Source of the DNA: Candidatus Omnitrophota bacterium
Lineage (GTDB): Bacteria > Omnitrophota > Gorgyraeia > Duberdicusellales > 4484-171
Reading direction: 5' to 3'
Length of the DNA: 62,400 nucleotides
Assembly (NCBI GenBank): GCA_003154195.1
Contig: PMCS01000028.1
Coordinates: 1 to 62,400, forward strand
Below, piece after piece: positions 55,230 to 62,400 of this stretch. A program made the translations under genes and the position numbers. A model generated the notes under the pieces. The model was not told the DNA's origin. It worked only from the letters and a program-made list of their open reading frames with translations, and ran no database searches. Within the stretch, counting starts at the first letter, position 1; the number at the start of each line of letters is the position of its first letter.

Positions 55230-56341
55230 CACATCGTCCTCTTGAAAGTAGCAGTAGCAATACAAAGCATAACCGCGGTAAATACCAGCAAAAACAATAT
55301 GTCCCCCTGTATGGCGACAAAACCCGTGCTTTTCAATATTAAGGACTTCAAAGCATGCACGGCGTAGGCTTCGGGATTAACCCTGGCAAAAGCCTTCAGC
55401 CATCCGGGAAGGCTTTCGATGGGGTATACCGCGCCGCTGGGAAAAAAGAATATAACATTTAAAAAACCTATTGTAACGCCGACGATACGGGGATGATCGG
55501 CTCTTCCCAGCACAACAAATACCATGCTAAGAAGCCCAAGCGCAGTAAGAACTATGGTCAGGAGAAGCAGCGCAAATGAAACCAGGCCGCCGGCAAGTTT
55601 TACCCCCGTCATAAACATCCCGCCCATCATGACAATAAAAGACAATAACGTGGTAACCAATACGCCGCTGATGATAATGCCGGCTACGATATCCATCTTT
55701 GTTAAAGGAGTCGAAAGGTAACTCTCGTGTATTCCGAGAAACTTGTCCATCACCAGGCTGAACGCGCCGGTAAACGTCGTTCCCATAAATATCGCCATAA
55801 CGATAATACCGGGCACAAGCGAGGCGTCATAGTCTATTTTCTTATATAGTTCAACCGGCCGGAACTGGGATTGGGCCAGAGTACTGCGCACCGAAACATA
55901 TCCCGACTTCAAATAGCTCATGGAACGGGATACTACGCTGGATACCCCGGCGGCAGATATACTGTCGGTGTTGTCGAGAAAAAGGCCTACCTGCGGGTTA
56001 ACATGTTTGACCACGTCTTCGCTGAACCTGGGAGGTATTATCAGGGCGCCTTTGTAAAAACCGTTTTTGACCCCTTCAATCGCCGCCCGCTGGTCGCTCG
56101 ACCGTGTCATATCTAAAGTATGCGGCCCGTCTTGTATCGCCTGAAGCAACTCTAACATCCTCCTGGCATACGGGCCATTATCCTGGTCAACCACCACTAT
56201 CGGCAAATGCTTCAGCTCACCCTGAAAAGAATTGCCCATTATCACCAGGTAAACCAGCGGCATCAGGATACTCGCTATTAAGACTATCGGGTTCCTCGAA
56301 AATCTTCTCAGGTCCCTTTCGGTTATCGCTAAAGCTCTCAT
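55229..56341 (-). CDS. ABC-2-type transporter permease
   Basis: 370 aa with an N-terminal TM helix, a large extracytoplasmic loop and five C-terminal TM helices. Overlaps the ATPase gene by 4 nt. Confidence 0.8.
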   Translation of the reverse strand: MRALAITERDLRRFSRNPIVLIASILMPLVYLVIMGNSFQGELKHLPIVVVDQDNGPYARRMLELLQAIQDGPHTLDMTRSSDQRAAIEGVKNGFYKGALIIPPRFSEDVVKHVNPQVGLFLDNTDSISAAGVSSVVSRSMSYLKSGYVSVRSTLAQSQFRPVELYKKIDYDASLVPGIIVMAIFMGTTFTGAFSLVMDKFLGIHESYLSTPLTKMDIVAGIIISGVLVTTLLSFIVMMGGMFMTGVKLAGGLVSFALLLLTIVLTALGLLSMVFVVLGRADHPRIVGVTIGFLNVIFFFPSGAVYPIESLPGWLKAFARVNPEAYAVHALKSLILKSTGFVAIQGDILFLLVFTAVMLCIATATFKRTM

Positions 56342-57348
56342 AGCCTGCCCCCGGGAAATTGCCTGGGCGCTCCCGCGCCAAGGATGAAGTTAGTTTTCTG
56401 AGCCTCTGCCTCTCTTATCGTCTTACCGGTATAATGTATAAAGACATCCTCAAGCGACTGCTTTTGTATGGCAAGGTAATCTATAGACCCATGCATCTTT
56501 TTAATGTCTTCGATGATTACCGGCATAGCCTTTGCCGCATCCGTGACATAAACCCTGGTATATTCATCTTTTTTGGTTATATTTTTCACAAACTGCATCG
56601 CCTTGAGGCTGGCTTCAACTTCTGGCGTATAGTTGCTCAACAACATTTCGATTATATCGAAACCGCCGATGCTTCTCTTCAGGTTAGAAGGAGAATCGAG
56701 TACGACGATCTTGCCATAATCGACGATTGCTATCCGGTCACACAAAAAATCAGCCTCATCCATATAATGCGTAGTTATAAATATAGTCAGTTTCGTTTCC
56801 TTGCGTATCTTATTCAAAAGATCCCAGATAACACGACGCGATTGCGGATCAAGGCCGGTGGTCGGCTCATCAAGAAAAAGTATATACGGCTTATGTATAA
56901 GGCCGCGCGCGATCTCCAACCGCCGCCTCATACCCCCCGAGTATGTGGCTACGAGTTCCTGGGCGCGGTTTGCCAGGCCTACGGTCTCAAGCAGATATTT
57001 TATAGTCTCATGACGCCGGGTTTTAGGTATATCAAAATACTTACCATATATATCGAGGTTCTCCCAAGCGGTCAAATCCAGGTCCGAGGTCATCGCCTGC
57101 GACACGACGCCGATGTTCCGCCTTACCCGCACGGGATATTTCACCACATCCAACCCGCGGATATTTGCCTGGCCCGACGTAGGCTTGATAAGACAGGTAA
57201 GCATCCGGTTAAGCGTCGTCTTTCCGGCGCCGTTAGGCCCCAGAAGGCCGAAAATTTCGCCTTCGTCGACGTTAAAGCTTACGTCGTCTACCGCCGTCAC
57301 GGATGGGAATTTTTTAACTATATTTTTTACTTCAACGGCATATGCCAT
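56338..57348 (-). CDS. ABC transporter ATP-binding protein
   Basis: Walker A GPNGAGKTT, signature YSGGMRRRL, Walker B ILFLDEPTTGLD. Confidence 0.93.
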   Translation of the reverse strand: MAYAVEVKNIVKKFPSVTAVDDVSFNVDEGEIFGLLGPNGAGKTTLNRMLTCLIKPTSGQANIRGLDVVKYPVRVRRNIGVVSQAMTSDLDLTAWENLDIYGKYFDIPKTRRHETIKYLLETVGLANRAQELVATYSGGMRRRLEIARGLIHKPYILFLDEPTTGLDPQSRRVIWDLLNKIRKETKLTIFITTHYMDEADFLCDRIAIVDYGKIVVLDSPSNLKRSIGGFDIIEMLLSNYTPEVEASLKAMQFVKNITKKDEYTRVYVTDAAKAMPVIIEDIKKMHGSIDYLAIQKQSLEDVFIHYTGKTIREAEAQKTNFILGAGAPRQFPGGRL

Positions 57349-57362
57349 ATCTGGTAAATCCT

Positions 57363-58277
57363 TTATTCCCCGAATCCTACGGTAGCGGTCATCCCCTCTT
57401 TAAGCATTCCTTTTGGTTCGTCAAGTTTTACCTTAACCCGGTAAGTTTTGATATCCTGCCGGCCGCGCTTTACGTCCCTCTGCGTGGCAAATTCGCCTTC
57501 GCTGTTGATCTCACTCACATGCCCCCCAAATTCCTGACCGGGAAGAGAATCGATTTTTATGCTGACGGCATCACCTAACTTTATCCGGGAAACAACCGTC
57601 TCCTCGACATCTACGCGCACCCATATATCCGAAAGATCTACAACGGTCAGTACGGTCGAACCGGCCGAAACCATTTCCCCCGGCTCAAAAGCCCTAAGCG
57701 TTACCACACCGGATAAGGTCGGATGGACAACCGTATCTTCCAGGTTAGTCCCGGCAACTTTAAGGGCTGCCTGCGCCTGCTTTACACTCGCTTCGGCCAA
57801 CGACTTCTGCGCCTGCGCCCCGTTTAAATCAGCGACAGCCATGTCACAGGCGGTCTGGGCCTTGTCGACGTCATTCTGGGCAATAAGGTTCTTTTCCAGC
57901 AACCGGCTGTTACGTTCAAGATCCCTTTTGGTATCCTTGATTTTTACTTTCGCTTTTTCTATTGCTGCCGCCGCGGATACCACAGCGGCCTGTTCGACTT
58001 CAAGATTCGCCTGGGCCTGGTCTAATTCAGCCGCCTGTTTCCGGTCATCCAGGATTATTGCTGTTTCACCGGCCTTGGCATAATCACCCTCGTGGAATTT
58101 AATTTCCTTTATCCTCTCCGATATCCTGGGAGCCAGGTTTACCTCTGTGGCCTGTACTATTCCGGTGACTTGGAATACACCTTTCGCCGGCCGATGCGGC
58201 ATTATGTAAAACACGGATGCCGCTAAAGCGACAGCGGCAATTGTTAAGGCAACTGCTTTCTTTAATTGTTTATTCAT
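57363..58277 (-). CDS. HlyD-family periplasmic adaptor (membrane fusion protein)
   Basis: N-terminal TM helix, coiled-coil hairpin (AELDQAQANLEVEQ...), barrel-sandwich and beta-barrel blocks. Confidence 0.85.
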   Translation of the reverse strand: MNKQLKKAVALTIAAVALAASVFYIMPHRPAKGVFQVTGIVQATEVNLAPRISERIKEIKFHEGDYAKAGETAIILDDRKQAAELDQAQANLEVEQAAVVSAAAAIEKAKVKIKDTKRDLERNSRLLEKNLIAQNDVDKAQTACDMAVADLNGAQAQKSLAEASVKQAQAALKVAGTNLEDTVVHPTLSGVVTLRAFEPGEMVSAGSTVLTVVDLSDIWVRVDVEETVVSRIKLGDAVSIKIDSLPGQEFGGHVSEINSEGEFATQRDVKRGRQDIKTYRVKVKLDEPKGMLKEGMTATVGFGE

Positions 58278-58864
58278 TTCAGGATACCTCCAAAAAATAC
58301 CTGCTTGATTGAATCGACTGCGGCCTCAGCGGAAAACCCGGCCTGGCCGAAATGCATGATAAGCGCCGGCAGCTGCATCATCCCCAGAAGGTTAAATGAC
58401 GCAATCACCGGGTTGATCTCCTTAAACTCCCCCGATTTTATCCCCTCTTCGATTATCCCGGCAATAATCTTTGAGTAGGGGACTATCGCGATCTTGGCTA
58501 CCTGCTCTTTTATTACCGGCGCATCACCTGACCTATCGAGCACGCCGTTGAAAATACTATTCTTGCCGGTAAAATTCACGAAATGGAAATCGATAAGCTT
58601 CTTAAGTTTATTTTCGCAGCCGTCCACTTTTTCGAGCTCTTCCGTCAGGGCCTGCCTGTACTTATCGGCCTTCTCCCTGATCATGCTCATATAGAGATCC
58701 TGCTTGCTCTTGAAATAATGATATATTATCCCCTCGGAAACCCCGGCGGTGCGCGATATCTCACCCGTAGTAGCCCGGTCAAAACCGTTCTTGGCCGCTA
58801 CGCGTATGGTAGCATCGATTATTTTCTGTCTTGTATCGCTGTGTGAGGCTAAAGCGGTAGCCAT
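58274..58864 (-). CDS. TetR-family transcriptional regulator
   Basis: HTH block FDRATTGEISRTAGVSEGIIYHYFKSK. The ATG at 58864, with an AGGAGA SD, is preferred because the track's GTG at 58891 lies inside the operator palindrome. Confidence 0.88.
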   Translation of the reverse strand: MATALASHSDTRQKIIDATIRVAAKNGFDRATTGEISRTAGVSEGIIYHYFKSKQDLYMSMIREKADKYRQALTEELEKVDGCENKLKKLIDFHFVNFTGKNSIFNGVLDRSGDAPVIKEQVAKIAIVPYSKIIAGIIEEGIKSGEFKEINPVIASFNLLGMMQLPALIMHFGQAGFSAEAAVDSIKQVFFGGILK

Positions 58865-58872
58865 AATCTCTC

Positions 58873-58898
58873 CTATTGAGTGAGCGCTCACTCAATAG
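58873..58898. promoter_or_regulatory. perfect 26-bp palindrome; probable TetR operator
   Basis: CTATTGAGTGAGC|GCTCACTCAATAG, 9 nt upstream of the preferred TetR start. Confidence 0.65.
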
Positions 58899-58950
58899 AA
58901 AGTATATACCTGCGCCGACCTATTGTCAATAAAAACCATAAAGCTCAGCG

Positions 58951-59097
58951 CCTACCTGTGCCGTTTAAATTACCGGCCGGACATCCGCCGGTATAAGACC
59001 GGAAAAAATTCAGGAAAACTCAAATGCCAATCGCGGATGGATGGGATGATAAGGCATTATCATTGGGGGTAGGATTCGGGTTTTTGCACGGGCGGTT
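58951..59097 (+). mobile_element. 147-bp MITE-like derivative of the IS (left end fused to right end)
   Basis: CCTACCTGTGCCGTTTAAATTACC... is joined to ...AATTCAGGAAAACTCAAATGCCAATCGCGGATGGATGGGATGATAAGGCATTATCATTGGGGGTAGG...TTTTTGCACGGGCGG. The site where other copies carry the C-insert is empty here. Confidence 0.8.
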
Positions 59098-59321
59098 ACG
59101 CACGGAAGAACTCTGCCAGAATGGGCTTGAAGGTTTTGTTTTTTGTTATTATTTTAACTATGCAAAGTAATTAAATAACGAAAATTTAACTCACTGGCTA
59201 AAAAACTGCTTTCTATGGCGCTCAAAGATACTGTATATAATTTTTGCATCGGCCGGCTTGTTGTTCTGCCCAGAAAGAAAAATGGGCAGCCCCCGCTATG
59301 CAATGACTACCCTAAAATTCC

Positions 59322-59618
59322 TTAAGGATGTGGAAGAATAGTATAAATCGTTAGATAATTTTTATCGGGCCCGTAATAAAAAAATACTCTGTAGGCTTTG
59401 GGCGTATTATTTTCCGCGTAAGCTTCAAAGACTTTCTCGCCGTTAGGGCCGAAAATACTCTCGTATTCATGCGTCTGCAAGCTGGGGTATCGGGGATTTT
59501 GGGAGAGTTTATCTAAAGCGTTCAATACTGCTTTATAGCGTTTTCCCAGATTGCGGCTATATTTGAGCTCCCGCAATTTTTCTTTGGCTTCAGCGGAAAA
59601 GATAAGTTCAAAGCTCAT
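59322..59618 (-). CDS. RelE/ParE-superfamily toxin
   Basis: 98 aa. AEAKEKLRELK...LSQNPRYPSLQTHEY...YRVFFYYGPDKNYLTIYTILPHP. Overlaps the antitoxin gene by 4 nt. Confidence 0.7.
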   Translation of the reverse strand: MSFELIFSAEAKEKLRELKYSRNLGKRYKAVLNALDKLSQNPRYPSLQTHEYESIFGPNGEKVFEAYAENNTPKAYRVFFYYGPDKNYLTIYTILPHP

Positions 59619-59929
59619 AAAGAATCGGCAAATTTTTTAAGGTTTTTAACCCGGGTTATTCGCCCTTCCCGGACATCGCGCATACCTTTTTGTAAGCTAG
59701 CCATAGCTTTCGGATTATTATGTAGCCATAATTCTCGGCTTGGTATGCTGGCTAAGGGGCGCAGGAGAATATCGCCGTCTTCACCGACAAATATATTCAG
59801 AGAATCTACCGGCATATTCCTATCGCTAAGCCACTTAAGTATTTGAACGCCTAAAGTCATCCGGCTTTTAGAATCCAAAGAACTTTTTCCTATTAACGTG
59901 AAATTTTCATTTATCTTTTCTTTTAACAT
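59615..59929 (-). CDS. antitoxin (AbrB/MraZ-like N-terminus, C-terminal toxin-binding tail)
   Basis: 104 aa. SSLDSKSRMTLGVQILKWL is SpoVT/MraZ-like. Position and overlap are typical of a type II TA pair. Confidence 0.6.
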   Translation of the reverse strand: MLKEKINENFTLIGKSSLDSKSRMTLGVQILKWLSDRNMPVDSLNIFVGEDGDILLRPLASIPSRELWLHNNPKAMASLQKGMRDVREGRITRVKNLKKFADSL

Positions 59930-60115
59930 ACTTTTCTCCTTACTTACGTTTTTCGCATTGTTAAAGAGCCCGCCTGAATTTTACCTCTCTTCAAGCGCAT
60001 TTTTTGCATTTTTGAAGAGATTAACCGACAACCCGATTGTCAGGCCCAGTTAATATATACCATATTATGGGAAAAGTGTCAAGTGGGAAAGTGGGAATTT
60101 GTATATCTTCAGTTA

Positions 60116-60243
60116 CTACCCTACCCGTGCCATTAAGATTTACCAGGATTAGGGCTTGAAAACTGTTACATCAGGTTGTCGGCGAAAATGACCCCCTTCA
60201 AGACCCCCCCCTATGTTTTGCCGCTGGTTTCAGGGCTTAGTTC
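60116..60243 (+). mobile_element. IS left-end fragment, type A
   Basis: CTACCCTACCCGTGCCATTAAGATTTACCAGGATTAGGGCTTGAAAACTGTTACATCAGGTTGTCGGCGAAAATGACCCCC...CAGGGCTTAGTTC. Confidence 0.8.
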
Positions 60244-60331
60244 TTTTTAGGGCAAAGGGGCTTTACCCCGGAGAGACTGTCGGGCCGGTTGCCGGTGAAG
60301 CTTCACCGCCTTATGGTTCGCGGAGTTTATC

Positions 60332-60847
60332 CTACTCAAACCTCACCGTTAATTTTTTATCTAACACCCCGGCGATTGCGGCCAGGGTTTCAACAGAAAA
60401 ATTTTCCCGGCCGGATTCGATAGCAGAGATGTATTGTTGGATTACATTCATCTTATCGGCCAGTTCTTTTTGGGTATAGCCTTTTTCCTTGCGGATTATT
60501 TTGATCTGCTCGGCCACAACCAGGCACTCCGATAAGATGCGTTTTTTCCCCACGCGGATTTTTATTCCCTCCGCTCTCAACCCGTCCTTTACCGTTTCAT
60601 AAATTGTCTGCCAGAACTTAGGCGCGTCGGAGTTCCAGGCATCTTTCCTGATGAGTTTTTTTATTGCCGGCCATTTTTTACAAAAGGTTATTTTATCAAC
60701 GTAGCAAAAAGCCTCTTTCGCTTCGCGTACACGGGAAAAAAGCTTAGCCGCGTAAATCAAAAATTTAGGATGTTCGCCGTTGCTTAAGGCTTCCTTAATT
60801 TTTTCTTCGCCGACCGGAATATCCCAAAACCAATTTTTTTTCATCAT
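60332..60847 (-). CDS. XRE-family HTH protein with an uncharacterised N-terminal domain (candidate partner of AbiEii)
   Basis: C-terminal HTH KGYTQKELADKMNVIQQYISAIESGRENFSVETLAAIA. Overlaps the upstream AbiEii-like gene by 4 nt. Confidence 0.75.
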   Translation of the reverse strand: MMKKNWFWDIPVGEEKIKEALSNGEHPKFLIYAAKLFSRVREAKEAFCYVDKITFCKKWPAIKKLIRKDAWNSDAPKFWQTIYETVKDGLRAEGIKIRVGKKRILSECLVVAEQIKIIRKEKGYTQKELADKMNVIQQYISAIESGRENFSVETLAAIAGVLDKKLTVRFE

Positions 60848-61539
60848 TCCACCAATTTTTTGGGAATAATTTTCAGTATTTCGTTGTCCAAATGCGTTAA
60901 CACCGTGCCGGTGTCTACCTTAGGAACAATATCCAGGAGCTCCATCTTTAAATTCATGCGGTTAAACCCCCGATACCAGTTGATCAGCGTATACGCTTTA
61001 TCGTAAGAAAAATATTCAAAGAAAAATTTTGAAAGAGAAAAATAGTGCTGCGACAAATAATAGAGGTCGAAAATATCTTTAGCGGCTTGGCGGCCCATCG
61101 CAGCTACGCGACCGGTATCGTCCTCCTTTACGCGTCCGGTTGCGATGGTTAACTTACGGTAGTAAATATCATCGATAGAGTGAAGGCCGCCCTCAATTGG
61201 CTTCAGGTTTTTGTAAACATCTTTGACAAAGTCTATTTTTAATGAACTGCCTCTTCGAATATCCAGCATATAAACCGCCATTTCCACAAATCGAGAACTT
61301 TTTCGTTTAACTTCCAGACTGGCGGTAAAGCCGGTTTGGGCGGCGATATATTTGATGATTTTTGCTGCCGCAGCATTAGTATGCTCTGGGCTGAAAAAAT
61401 CCAGATCTTCAGAAAAGCGGTGGTTAAAATATATAGAAAGCGCCGTTCCTCCGGTAAGGTAATATTGAGGAAACTCATCAACCACCAGCTTAAACAATTT
61501 TTTCTGCGTATCTATTATGTATTTTTGCTTTTGCTCCAT
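60844..61539 (-). CDS. nucleotidyltransferase AbiEii/AbiGii-family toxin (DUF1814)
   Basis: YLTGGTALSIYFNHRFSEDLDFF matches the AbiEii NTase motif; 231 aa. Confidence 0.75.
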   Translation of the reverse strand: MEQKQKYIIDTQKKLFKLVVDEFPQYYLTGGTALSIYFNHRFSEDLDFFSPEHTNAAAAKIIKYIAAQTGFTASLEVKRKSSRFVEMAVYMLDIRRGSSLKIDFVKDVYKNLKPIEGGLHSIDDIYYRKLTIATGRVKEDDTGRVAAMGRQAAKDIFDLYYLSQHYFSLSKFFFEYFSYDKAYTLINWYRGFNRMNLKMELLDIVPKVDTGTVLTHLDNEILKIIPKKLVE

Positions 61540-61658
61540 AAAAGCCTCACTTTAAATATACTATATATAGATAGTATTGTCAAGTAATAAATCAAAAAAT
61601 GTGATAAAATAAAAGGCTTATTATTACTATCTATGAATAGTGTTTTTAACATAAACCC

Positions 61659-62400
61659 TACCCGTGCCGTTAAAATTACCGCTGCTTAAGGTTACTTTCG
61701 CCTAATCAGATACGCGTAAACAGGAATACGGTCACTTGCTTTTGTTGTCCGCGGGCGCAACAGGTGCCTAGAAACTGATGTATCAGGTCTGTCGGCGAAA
61801 ATTGACACAAAAGTATATACCAAATATATACGAAATATATACTCATATATAAAAAGTATATACTCGATTTTGCGCTGATTTGAGGGCTTAAGCGCTCTGA
61901 CGCAGGCTGAAGGGGTAAAAGCTGTAAATTTTTTTCAGTCTTTAATTATTTTACCAACCGACAGAGACAACCACTCTACCGCCTTACCCCTACTATCCAG
62001 ATGGCCTAATTATACACCTAAAGGGAAGGTAAAAGAATGAGAATTTTGAAAGGAGTTTCAGGAAGTTTGGGCTTGTCGGTTACCAGGGGAGTGCCATAAA
62101 GATGAGACTTATAGCCGATGGTAAAATCAGCGTTTTTTAGGGAGGAAACCGGATGAACTATACCAATTCTTATACCATAAACAGTAACCTTTTCCAAGAG
62201 TTTTTATTTCTTTTAGGCAGGGTGACCCAGGGCAACCTGATCCGGCAGATGGAGTATCTAAAGGTAGAAAACGAGATATTAAGGTCTAAGTTACCGGAAA
62301 GGATAACTACTACGGCCAGCGAGAAACGTAGAATTATTAAATACGGCTTACCGTTAGGCGGTCAAATCAGGGATATTATCTCTATCGTAAACTATTCTAC
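61659..62400 (+). mobile_element. the only IS copy in the window that retains a left end plus a transposase start (continues past the right edge)
   Basis: Left terminus CTACCCGTGCCGTTAAAATT at 61659, a 494-nt non-coding module, GGAGG SD, and ATG at 62153. Confidence 0.8.
62153..62400 (+). CDS. transposase, N-terminal part (family of HTH + rve DDE transposases)
   Basis: Not in the ORF track because there is no stop in the window. MNYTNSYTINSNLFQEFLFLLGRVTQGNLIRQMEYLKVENEILRSKLPERITTTASEKRRIIKYG. The LKxENxxLR leader is typical of IS481-like rve transposases. The C-terminal remnants at 53119-53750 belong to the same family. Confidence 0.7.
   Translation, partial: MNYTNSYTINSNLFQEFLFLLGRVTQGNLIRQMEYLKVENEILRSKLPERITTTASEKRRIIKYGLPLGGQIRDIISIVNYS

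Noticed and set aside
56359-57357. 332-aa plus-strand ORF antisense to the ABC ATPase gene. Similar long antisense ORFs lie at 18208-18801, 57559-58083, 40663-41121 and 12025-12447.
   Set aside because: They have no recognisable motifs, and each lies entirely opposite a gene with unambiguous family signatures. They are typical shadow ORFs.
26228-62152. Idea that the co-oriented repeats following each minus-strand cassette are attC-like sites of a chromosomal integron.
   Set aside because: There is no integron integrase, no attI, and no R/L core-site symmetry (GTTRRRY). The repeats contain transposase coding remnants and form terminal inverted repeats (CCCTACCCGTG/CACGGGTAGGG), which fits IS debris better.
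1-62400. Search for tRNA, rRNA, tmRNA and RNase P signatures (T-loop GGTTCGAATCC-type words, rRNA-like conserved blocks).
   Set aside because: None was recognised on either strand. The nearest match (GGTTCGACTGAGCC at 39107) lacks acceptor and anticodon stems.

Overview
This 62.4 kb bacterial window is almost entirely coded on the minus strand and falls into three parts. All calls rest on motifs read by eye from the supplied translations and the DNA; no database search, RNA folding or covariance model was run.

(1) Positions 1-16,021: an MSHA-like type IV pilus assembly operon. It encodes a PilM/N fusion, PilO-like and PilP-like proteins, a secretin, a coiled-coil protein, a TPR protein, a GspE-family ATPase, an ExeA/MshM-like AAA protein and a PilC-like platform protein. 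It runs straight into a signalling tail: a histidine kinase, a PilZ protein, a response regulator and a T2SSE_N+PilZ fusion. Downstream lies a partial secreted 25-aa tandem-repeat protein preceded by a structured, terminator-containing leader.

(2) Positions 16,177-26,135: housekeeping and accessory genes. These are an AAA/DUF4143 ATPase, a plus-strand MarR-OMF-RND efflux set with no adaptor gene, mutM with an apparent ATT start, and an O-antigen-ligase-like gene overlapping a prepilin gene.

(3) Positions 26,200-62,400: a mosaic accessory island.
- Five toxin-antitoxin-type modules (one toxin is a pseudogene).
- Three class-II Fic proteins.
- A run of eight signal-peptide proteins, several with His/Met/Gly-rich tracts, next to a membrane histidine kinase.
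- A second prepilin, an HD-GYP protein, Sir2, a DenV-like glycosylase and a TetR-HlyD-ABC-TolC efflux operon.

The island genes are separated by at least 17 co-oriented fragments of one IS family. This IS has an rve-type DDE transposase, terminal repeats CCCTACCCGTG / CACGGGTAGGG and an unusually long 340-490 bp non-coding left module. The fragments include MITE-like deletion derivatives, and smaller structured elements are nested inside them. No rRNA, tRNA or CRISPR array was recognised.

The strongest candidates for something undescribed are:
- the conserved non-coding module of the IS and the 136-221 bp structured insert nested in its 3' end;
- the terminator-containing leaders upstream of the repeat protein and of the second pilin;
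- the His/Met-rich secreted protein cluster.
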